In this document: positions 1 through 5,506 of the stretch, piece after piece
Layout: each line of letters begins with the position of its first letter
Numbering within the stretch: the first letter of the stretch is position 1
Virus genome (UHGV): UHGV-1373278
Direction: 5' to 3' (one strand)
Length of the DNA: 8,576 nt
Origin: a virus
Notes under the pieces: generated by a model
Databases searched by the model: none
What the model saw: the letters and a program-made list of their open reading frames with translations, nothing else
Told to the model about the DNA's origin: nothing
Program-made: the position numbers and the translations under genes

Positions 1-65
1 CAGTGGATTACGGTCTGTGACCAATGACGGCACCGGTAACGCCAGTTCCCGCCATCCTTACCATT

Positions 66-98
66 GGTGCGCATAATGTACGACTCGTTATGTTGAAA
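66..98 (+). other. dif-like XerC/XerD recombination site (putative prophage attachment junction)
   Basis: GGTGCGCATAA (66-76) is identical to the E. coli dif XerC arm as I recall it. It is followed by an 11-nt central region TGTACGACTCG (77-87), versus 6 nt in chromosomal dif, then TTATGTTGAAA (88-98), which matches the dif XerD arm TTATGTTAAAT at 9 of 11 positions. Confidence 0.5.
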
Positions 99-136
99 AG
101 GCCGCTGCGAAAATCGAATCCCGCAGCGGCCTCTTT
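96..136. terminator. Stem-loop, probable bidirectional rho-independent terminator
   Basis: Perfect 10-bp inverted repeat GGCCGCTGCG (100-109) / CGCAGCGGCC (122-131) with a 12-nt loop. Flanked by AAAA (96-99), which is a U-run on the - strand, and TCTTT (132-136). Lies just downstream of the - strand CDS ending at 163. Confidence 0.5.
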
Positions 137-162
137 AGCATAACGTCATTATGCGAACCATA

Positions 163-963
163 TTATATTATTTTTATTTTTGGAAGCACATCATTCATGA
201 CTTTGACTCTTCCTCCATCCTTCATTTTATAATGATGCCAACTATCTGATTGAGCAATCGCATCATCGTGTATTTCTTTCGATATAGCTAATAAGTCCGT
301 ATTCATCCATGAAAATATACCTTCATCTACAAACTGTTTTGATATCAGCTCATAGTGGCTATTCTTTTTTACCGCAACATACAATGGATATTTTCTTTCG
401 ATATTTTCAGCTAAGCTGTCAAATGATATTATTGAAAAGTCATCCCGTTGTTGGCCTCTAATTAATGAGGTTTTTAATACATTGCCTTCATATTCCGATC
501 TGCGGCCGTGAACTAATACATACTTGAAGTTAAAGGGATTTCTTGCCATATGAGCTGGCTCAATAAAACCTTGTAATGTGTTGTTTTTAAAGTGATTTCT
601 ATTTGATTCCTCATCAATCCATGCTCTCCATGTATTTATCTGCTGTAACGCCATATTAAAATCAGCATGAAAGTCTGTGGATTTATCTTTAAAGTATTTT
701 GAGGATGGTTTTTCTATTTCAACAAGTACCACATTCCAATTGTCTGAACTTTTTGCGAGATATACGAAATCTGGTTTGTAATCACTAGATAATGGTAATT
801 TTCTAAGTACGGTACAAAAATGAATCCCATGATTTTGTTCAAATTCTCTTGGGATGAACATGGTGTTTTCTTCTAAATAATTTTGGTAAACTTGTTCAAC
901 TTCATTTCTATCCAGCAATTGCATATATTCATTTCTTTTCTGAACAGCATCTTGACCATTCAT
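163..963 (-). CDS. Hypothetical protein, 266 aa, with PD-(D/E)xK-like nuclease signature; AT-rich accessory cargo gene
   Basis: Long uninterrupted ORF in visibly AT-rich DNA, where chance ORFs of this length are unlikely. ATG start at 963-961. Motif KPDFVYL followed 13 residues later by a hydrophobic strand and VVLVEIEKP (residues about 64-86) resembles the restriction-endonuclease-like D ... (D/E)xK core. Function not established. Confidence 0.65.
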   Translation of the reverse strand: MNGQDAVQKRNEYMQLLDRNEVEQVYQNYLEENTMFIPREFEQNHGIHFCTVLRKLPLSSDYKPDFVYLAKSSDNWNVVLVEIEKPSSKYFKDKSTDFHADFNMALQQINTWRAWIDEESNRNHFKNNTLQGFIEPAHMARNPFNFKYVLVHGRRSEYEGNVLKTSLIRGQQRDDFSIISFDSLAENIERKYPLYVAVKKNSHYELISKQFVDEGIFSWMNTDLLAISKEIHDDAIAQSDSWHHYKMKDGGRVKVMNDVLPKIKII

Positions 964-1105
964 ATAGTAGTTCCATTTTTAATTAGATTAGCTTAAGCAC
1001 TTTTTGGTGATATCGAATTTTTAGCGTTTAAGGTGGCCGAGAGCACCGCGAAGCGGTTCGGGGTTCAGTGACACCCGAACTTTACCGTGGTTTCCCGCGG
1101 CGGAG

Positions 1106-1528
1106 TTACCAGTAATATGACTTTCTTCTGTGCCACCAATAAAGTAGGCCGTATCCGACGATAAGAATCCCGAAGAACATCAGCGACATTCCCCAGCCAG
1201 TTCCGTACCACGAAACCATATCATCGAAAACTAACCCGCCCATTTCACGAACTCCGGCTGCTTCCTTAAGAATTGGTTTGAATACCGGAATCAGAAGGGC
1301 GATCGCAAGTGGAGCACACCAGCGAACAAGACCAGTTTCCATTTTGATCCCGAAAAAGATCCCCGCACCGACAACAAGCAACCAGACTATCAGGCCAGGC
1401 GCAGTTTCCAGTGCTGTTTGCCATTCAACATCGAAAGTTTTCATTAGCCAGGCAACAACTGCCAGACAGAAAGCAAATACGCCCACGACAACCAGTTCAA
1501 CGCCGCTTGTTTCGTTATTTCTACTCAT
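1106..1528 (-). CDS. Small integral membrane protein (about 140 aa, about 4 predicted TM helices)
   Basis: Start preferred at the ATG at 1528-1526 (MSRNNETSG...), preceded by an AGGA about 8 nt upstream. The ORF-track start at 1675 would overlap the upstream gene and its terminator hairpins. Protein has several long hydrophobic stretches (LVVVGVFAFCLAVVAWL, GLIVWLLVVGAGIFFGI, WCAPLAIALLIPVF, MSLMFFGILIVGYGLLYWW) and a basic C-terminus. Confidence 0.55.
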   Translation of the reverse strand: MSRNNETSGVELVVVGVFAFCLAVVAWLMKTFDVEWQTALETAPGLIVWLLVVGAGIFFGIKMETGLVRWCAPLAIALLIPVFKPILKEAAGVREMGGLVFDDMVSWYGTGWGMSLMFFGILIVGYGLLYWWHRRKSYYW

Positions 1529-1554
1529 CCTTTTGATCCTTTTTCGCTGTTCAA

Positions 1555-1616
1555 AACTCGCACAATAAAGAACGTGCAGTGTAGGTAATACTGCACGTTT
1601 GTACCATTCGTGGTAC
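1555..1616 (-). terminator. Two tandem hairpins downstream of the small regulator gene (- strand terminator candidate)
   Basis: Hairpin 1: GTACCA (1601-1606) / TGGTAC (1611-1616) with loop TTCG. Hairpin 2: 10-bp stem AACGTGCAGT (1571-1580) / ACTGCACGTT (1590-1599) with a 9-nt loop. On the - strand, hairpin 2 is followed by CUUUAUUGUG. Confidence 0.45.
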
Positions 1617-1799
1617 TTAATCCTTTTGTTTGGCAGACATGAGATCTTCTGCTGCATCTTTAGAGTAGTTATCAATCAGATAACCTAAAATCTCTGTCCA
1701 TGTAATTGTTTTTCCTAGTTTTACACTGGCATTTATAGCCAGTCGTTCTAGTTTCATTTTTCTTTCTTCCGTCACGTTATAAGTCGTGCGCTTTGCCAT
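1617..1799 (-). CDS. Small DNA-binding regulator candidate (60 aa, ribbon-helix-helix-like)
   Basis: ATG at 1799-1797. N-terminal pattern KRTTYNVTEERKMKLERLA (beta strand then helix) with a G-K-T helix cap fits an RHH (Arc/CopG-like) fold. Divergent from gII across a repeat-rich intergenic region, the position expected for a phage repressor. Confidence 0.5.
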   Translation of the reverse strand: MAKRTTYNVTEERKMKLERLAINASVKLGKTITWTEILGYLIDNYSKDAAEDLMSAKQKD

Positions 1800-1839
1800 T
1801 TTTTACGCTCGTTCAATGCAATATTTGAAGTGAGTATAC

Positions 1840-1968
1840 ATGCTCATGAACTCATATCATCCAAGCCTCTTGAACTCACTAGCTCACTGGTGTAATGTTA
1901 AAACACTAATGAACTACTGAACTCATGTGTTAGTAAGTCGTCATTTTTGCAATTTTGAGGATTTATTC
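1840..1968 (+). promoter_or_regulatory. gII upstream control region: iterated TGAACT(C/A)(A/C) repeats and a candidate sigma70 promoter; possible (+) origin region
   Basis: Four direct copies of TGAACTCA-like octamers at 1847-1854, 1871-1878, 1911-1918 and 1919-1926. Candidate -35 TTGAAC (1870-1875), 17-nt spacer, -10 TAATGT (1893-1898). GAGG (1957-1960) lies 8 nt before the GTG at 1969. Several short dyad symmetries (TCATGA, TGAGT/ACTCA) at 1830-1855. Confidence 0.4.
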
Positions 1969-3021
1969 GTGATCGATTGGCTTACCGGGATTTTCCCTTG
2001 CACACACAAACCGCTTCCGGCGGGGAGTGTTGTCAGCGTTGATGCTGACGGTGCAATTGAGTGGGAAACCGTTAAGCGACTGACTGTTCGCGGTTCGCAT
2101 GAAGCAACGATGAAAGTACGATCGATAGGATCTAATGGCGAAGGTAAAGCGACACATTTGTACATTGATGGTAATCCTTCCAAGTTTCTGCAGGGGCATT
2201 CTGTTGTTGGGTCGGATGATATACAAGGGCTCATGTTGACGGTCTATGCCAGGATTTTATCCTTATTGAATATTCCTCATGATTTAGCGTCTTATAAAGC
2301 CGTTATGGCAGGTCAGTATAAAATTTCACGTGTTGACATTAATTACATGTATTCATTATCTACGCTGGAAAATGTCAGATCATGGCTTTATGCCGCCGAA
2401 TTTAAAGCTAAAACACGCCATGGTCGCGCATGTGGGAAAGGCGGTACAGTTTATTTAGGTAAAAACTCCCGTCGATGGAGTCTGAAATTTTATTCAAAAT
2501 ATGATGAACACGTTTCTGGTAAAAAAGGGCACCAGATAGCCGAAGAGTTTGTACGAGCCGGGTTACTGGACTGGACGAAAGATAAATTACGTATTGAATT
2601 AACATTAAGAACAACTGAGCTTATTGATTTAAATTTAACGCTTGGCGCTAACTGGAATATGAAAACACCACGTCAATTATTCTCTGAATATGTAGGGAGA
2701 ATAGAAATGAATCAGAATGCTATTTTAAGTGATGAAAAAATAACGAAACTGCCAAGAAAAATACAGTCAACTTATTTACTTTGGAAACAAGGGGCTAACA
2801 TGAAAGAAATGTTACCTCATAACACTTTTTATCGCCATAGAAGAGAATTGCTTTCGTTCGGTATCGATATTAATTTCTATTGTGATTCACCAGACTCTAA
2901 TAACGTTGTTCCGCTAATAAGAACGCTGGAAGCCAAGCCAGCGGAAATCCCCTTATGGATTTATGAGAAAGGTTTTATTTTCGATTACAACCGTATTTCG
3001 CACGCCAGTAGCTGGCATTAA
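1969..3021 (+). CDS. II: Replication initiation protein pII (rolling-circle nickase), Ff gene II homolog
   Basis: No in-frame ATG near the 5' end, so a GTG start is inferred. GTG at 1969 has a GAGG RBS 8 nt upstream and gives MIDWLTG..., like Ff pII MIDMLVL... The alternative GTG at 1927 lacks an RBS. C-terminal region contains NVVPLIR, as in Ff pII (NVVPLVR). First gene in the Ff order. Confidence 0.8.
   Translation: MIDWLTGIFPCTHKPLPAGSVVSVDADGAIEWETVKRLTVRGSHEATMKVRSIGSNGEGKATHLYIDGNPSKFLQGHSVVGSDDIQGLMLTVYARILSLLNIPHDLASYKAVMAGQYKISRVDINYMYSLSTLENVRSWLYAAEFKAKTRHGRACGKGGTVYLGKNSRRWSLKFYSKYDEHVSGKKGHQIAEEFVRAGLLDWTKDKLRIELTLRTTELIDLNLTLGANWNMKTPRQLFSEYVGRIEMNQNAILSDEKITKLPRKIQSTYLLWKQGANMKEMLPHNTFYRHRRELLSFGIDINFYCDSPDSNNVVPLIRTLEAKPAEIPLWIYEKGFIFDYNRISHASSWH
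2707..3021 (+). CDS. X: pX, in-frame internal translation product of gene II (104 aa)
   Basis: In-frame ATG at 2707 preceded by AGGGAGA (2694-2700) with a 6-nt spacer. Product starts MNQNAILSDE, like Ff pX MNIYDDSAVL. An alternative in-frame ATG at about 2660 (MKTPRQ...) is possible. Confidence 0.55.
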   Translation: MNQNAILSDEKITKLPRKIQSTYLLWKQGANMKEMLPHNTFYRHRRELLSFGIDINFYCDSPDSNNVVPLIRTLEAKPAEIPLWIYEKGFIFDYNRISHASSWH

Positions 3022-3032
3022 AGGAAAGTAAT

Positions 3033-3350
3033 ATGTCTAATTATGGTCTTTTCGTTAAGGGTAAAATGTTGGGAGCCCGCCAACGTAATAAAGTTAATGG
3101 TCAGGGCTATTATAATGAAATTGGTATTGGCCTTGAAATACCTGATGGTTTTGGTGGTACAAAGCAGGATCAAATTATTATTCGAGTTTCTCAGGCTCTC
3201 GTTAACGCAGGTCTAATGAACCAGGCGAATGCTTTCATTGGGAAATTAGTTCAAATTCCTGTCTATGTCCGTGCGTGGTCAATGGAGGGTAGGGAAGGTG
3301 TAACTTATAATGTTTCTTCCGATGGTGGCATCGCAGAGATCAAAGGTTAA
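3033..3350 (+). CDS. V: Putative ssDNA-binding protein at the gene V position (105 aa; not recognisably Ff pV-like)
   Basis: ATG at 3033 with AGGA RBS (3022-3025) immediately after the gII stop. Size and position match gene V, but the sequence is Gly-rich and basic and does not match Ff/IKe pV from memory. Confidence 0.6.
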   Translation: MSNYGLFVKGKMLGARQRNKVNGQGYYNEIGIGLEIPDGFGGTKQDQIIIRVSQALVNAGLMNQANAFIGKLVQIPVYVRAWSMEGREGVTYNVSSDGGIAEIKG

Positions 3351-3352
3351 AT

Positions 3353-3439
3353 ATGGACGATGTTATTCAAATTTTGATAGCGTCTGGCATCGTTATTTCT
3401 TTTGGCCTCGGCGCGATTACTGCGGGGGTCTTTCGTTAA
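3353..3439 (+). CDS. VII: Minor coat protein pVII (28 aa)
   Basis: ATG at 3353. Small hydrophobic protein MDDVIQILIASGIVISFGLGAITAGVFR resembles Ff pVII (...ALGIIAGGQR). Stop TAA at 3437-3439 overlaps the next start (TAATG). Confidence 0.6.
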   Translation: MDDVIQILIASGIVISFGLGAITAGVFR

Positions 3440-3534
3440 TGTATATCGTTTATTTCTTCGGGGCTTATACCTTTGGTTTTGCCCTTTTCTATGCGGTCGG
3501 TTCATTTAAATCATTTTCTGACCGATTAATGTAA
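3439..3534 (+). CDS. IX: Minor coat protein pIX (31 aa)
   Basis: ATG at 3439 overlapping the pVII stop. MYIVYFFGAYTFGFALFYAVGSFKSFSDRLM resembles Ff pIX (MSVLVYSFASFVLGWCLRSGITYFTRLMETSS). Confidence 0.6.
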   Translation: MYIVYFFGAYTFGFALFYAVGSFKSFSDRLM

Positions 3535-3553
3535 CCTTAATGGAGTTATTCCT

Positions 3554-3796
3554 ATGAAAATTCTGTCTACTGTTAAATATAAAATTGCTCTGGCTTCAAC
3601 TGCGCTTTTTATTTCTGCAAGTTCTTTTGCGGCTGAAGGCGCTACAGGTGGTACTGATTATGCAGGTCAGGCAATGGATGCTTTGTTGACTCAGGCAAAT
3701 GATCTCATTGGTAAAGTATGGCCTGTTGTTGTTGCTGTGGTTGGCGCTGGGCTTGCCATTCGTATTTTCAAAAAATTCTCTTCAAAAGCGGTTTGA
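3554..3796 (+). CDS. VIII: Major coat protein pVIII precursor (80 aa; mature about 54 aa)
   Basis: GGAG RBS 8 nt upstream. Signal peptide [26 protein letters not shown], then mature AEGATGG... with a hydrophobic core and basic C-terminus [11 protein letters not shown], close to Ff/IKe pVIII (...KLFKKFTSKAS). Confidence 0.9.
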   Translation: MKILSTVKYKIALASTALFISASSFAAEGATGGTDYAGQAMDALLTQANDLIGKVWPVVVAVVGAGLAIRIFKKFSSKAV

Positions 3797-3805
3797 ATTT
3801 CACTC

Positions 3806-3830
3806 AGGGGCACTCGTTGCCCCTTTATTA
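3806..3830 (+). terminator. Rho-independent terminator after gene VIII
   Basis: Perfect 7-bp stem AGGGGCA (3806-3812) / TGCCCCT (3818-3824) with loop CTCGT, followed by TTTATT. Same position as the strong terminator after gene VIII in Ff phages. Confidence 0.7.
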
Positions 3831-3842
3831 AAGCGGGTTACT

Positions 3843-5165
3843 ATGAGAAGGAAAATATTAATTCTTTCCGCTGTCCTCATTTCTCCTTTTTCACATGCTG
3901 AGTCATGGGAAAGCATTACTAAATCCACTTATCAAAGTTCTGCCTACGCTGAAAGTAAGCAAATAACCAATCAGGATGGCTCTAAGATAACGGTTTACTA
4001 TATTGATGCTGCTATGCAGGCCTCCGCTTGTCAGGGTGCTAAATCCAGTGCTCAGAGTGTATTTACTCGGATTAAACCAACTTATGAGGGTATCTGGCCT
4101 GATTCTGAATTCCGTCTTGTTTTTACTGGCGATTGTACTTACAGCGATTCACCAGGGCAGAAGGATAAATATTGGTCTTTAACGGCTTATATTGTTGGTA
4201 ATATTCAGCGTTCTGTTCCTGATGAAAAACCTACTGACCCGACACCAGAAGAAATTTGTGAAGCGAAGCCGCCAGAAGAAGGTGTATTTAATAATGTTGA
4301 TTCATATGATGGTGGTCGCTATATCTACTATAACGGCTGTGAATATGAGGCTACTGGTGTCATTGTTTGTCAGGGTGATGGTACTGTTTGCGCTGCAACA
4401 TGGAAGCCTACAGGTGCTGTAGCTGACCCCTCTGATAAACCCTCAACCCCCCAAAATGGTGGTGGTGAGTCTGGCGGTGGTGAGTCCAGCGGTGGTGAGT
4501 CCAGCGGTGGTGAGTCTGGCGGTGGTGAGTCCGGCGGTGGTGAGTCCGGTGGTGGTGAGTCCGGCGGTGGTGAGTCTGGCGGTGGTGAGTCCGGTGGCGG
4601 TAGTTCTGGCGGTAGTTCTGGCGGTGGCTCTAGTGGTTCCAGTCTTTCTAAAGGTGATATTCAGTCTGCGATCGAAGGTGCTTCACCCAAAATAGCCAGC
4701 GATATTCATGATAAATTAACGGAGAAAGACACTTCATCAGATGATAAAAAAAATGCCGATGAACAAACCAGGAATAATATAAATCGTCTTGACGATTCCA
4801 TTAACAATCTTACGCGGGGGGCTGGCCGTTTTGCTGACCCTTCAGGTGGTGATTCTCGTTATGGAAAGGGCGACTCTGAATTAGATGGCGCTTCTACTTT
4901 GGCTGATTCTGAATTGGGAATTGAAAAGGATTCTCACGGTGCTTTATGGGAAGCGTTTTTAAATAAAGGTGCTATGCTGCCTAATTTACCCAATGGTAAC
5001 GGCTGCTCTGATTTTATTATTTTTCCCGGAGAGGTTTATCAGATTGATATTGGTTGCGATAAATTACTGACTATTAAAGATGTTCTTTCATGGGTTTTTT
5101 ATTGCCTTACGTTCTGGTATGTCTTTACTTCTTTAACTTCATTGCTTCGCAAAGGGGGTGAGTGA
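3843..5165 (+). CDS. III: Minor coat / adsorption protein pIII (440 aa)
   Basis: ATG at 3843 with signal peptide [19 protein letters not shown]. Cys motif [25 protein letters not shown] resembles the Ff N1 TolA-binding motif (CLWNATGVVVCTGDETQCYGTWVP). GGGES-repeat linker follows. C-terminal ...[40 protein letters not shown] resembles the Ff pIII C-terminus. The 3699 ORF-track start is an out-of-context upstream extension overlapping gVIII. Confidence 0.9.
   Translation: MRRKILILSAVLISPFSHAESWESITKSTYQSSAYAESKQITNQDGSKITVYYIDAAMQASACQGAKSSAQSVFTRIKPTYEGIWPDSEFRLVFTGDCTYSDSPGQKDKYWSLTAYIVGNIQRSVPDEKPTDPTPEEICEAKPPEEGVFNNVDSYDGGRYIYYNGCEYEATGVIVCQGDGTVCAATWKPTGAVADPSDKPSTPQNGGGESGGGESSGGESSGGESGGGESGGGESGGGESGGGESGGGESGGGSSGGSSGGGSSGSSLSKGDIQSAIEGASPKIASDIHDKLTEKDTSSDDKKNADEQTRNNINRLDDSINNLTRGAGRFADPSGGDSRYGKGDSELDGASTLADSELGIEKDSHGALWEAFLNKGAMLPNLPNGNGCSDFIIFPGEVYQIDIGCDKLLTIKDVLSWVFYCLTFWYVFTSLTSLLRKGGE
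4458..4640 (+). repeat. Tandem 15-bp in-frame repeat array encoding the (G-G-E-S-G/S) linker of pIII
   Basis: Nine near-identical 15-bp units GGTGGTGAGTC(T/C)(G/A)GC(G/T) from about 4461 to 4595, then degenerate Gly/Ser codons to about 4640. Confidence 0.85.
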
Positions 5166-5506
5166 TGCCTTTATTATTAGGTATTCCTGCATTGTTGCGT
5201 TTTCTTATTGGTCTTGTTCCTTTGTTTATTGGCTATGTGGCGAGTTTTTTAGCTCGACTTGCTACCAGAACAGGATTAATCGCCTTTGCATTGGTCGCAT
5301 TAATTACAACAACTGTTACGCTTTTAATGCAGTACCTTGCTGAGGTCATGTATAACGGTTTACCTGCTGATTTCTCCCATTTAATGGCGTCTGTATTGCC
5401 TGACCATTTTCAGGCGTGTGTTAACGTTATTATGGTTACTCGTATCAGTGTTTTTGTTTTCGATTTAAAACAAAAGTTTCTTGATTATGCAAACAGGGTG
5501 ATTTAA
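5165..5506 (+). CDS. VI: Minor coat protein pVI (113 aa)
   Basis: ATG at 5165 overlapping the gIII stop TGA (ATGA). [24 protein letters not shown]... resembles Ff pVI (MPVLLGIPLLLRFLGFLLVTLFGY...). C-terminal FVFDLKQKF matches Ff FIFDVKQKI. Confidence 0.9.
   Translation: MPLLLGIPALLRFLIGLVPLFIGYVASFLARLATRTGLIAFALVALITTTVTLLMQYLAEVMYNGLPADFSHLMASVLPDHFQACVNVIMVTRISVFVFDLKQKFLDYANRVI

Noticed and set aside
1-76. Possible 3' end of an upstream + strand host CDS (frame 2 open from 2 to the TAA at 74-76)
   Set aside because: Too short to evaluate, and the stop falls inside the dif-like XerC arm. Cannot be supported from the window.
1025-1100. tRNA-like fragment (GTGGCCGAGAG ... GGGGTTCAGTGACACCC)
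   Set aside because: Superficial resemblance to tRNA D-arm and T-arm motifs, but no complete cloverleaf can be drawn and the T-loop is far too long. Treated only as a GC-rich structured spacer.
1278-1568. 96-aa + strand ORF
   Set aside because: Lies entirely antisense to the better-supported - strand membrane-protein gene. Low-complexity Thr/Ser/Pro-rich translation with no RBS. Likely a shadow ORF.
1529-1675. N-terminal 49-codon extension of the - strand membrane-protein ORF (ORF-track start at 1675)
   Set aside because: It would overlap the upstream regulator gene and run through its terminator hairpins. The internal ATG at 1528 has an SD-like AGGA and begins just before the first TM segment.
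1927-1968. Longer gII start at GTG 1927
   Set aside because: No SD-like sequence upstream. GTG 1969 has GAGG at the right spacing and gives an Ff-like MID N-terminus. Not fully excluded.
1941-2614. Three - strand ORFs (1941-2234, 1963-2226, 2408-2614)
   Set aside because: All antisense within gene II, with no independent support.
3310-3534. 74-aa ORF from the track spanning the gV 3' end through gIX
   Set aside because: It is the pIX reading frame being open upstream. By Ff analogy the real products are pVII (3353-3439) and pIX (3439-3534).
3699-3842. N-terminal extension of the gIII ORF (track start 3699)
   Set aside because: Overlaps gVIII and the gVIII terminator. The ATG at 3843 gives a canonical signal peptide.
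4458-4640. Possible CRISPR array
   Set aside because: Units are 15 bp, contiguous with no spacers, and in-frame inside gIII encoding Gly/Ser/Glu linker. It is a coding tandem repeat.
4192-4695. Alternate-frame + ORFs inside gIII (4192-4422 and 4456-4695)
   Set aside because: Out-of-frame overlaps with pIII. The second is a repeat-generated (VVSPA)n artefact of the linker array.
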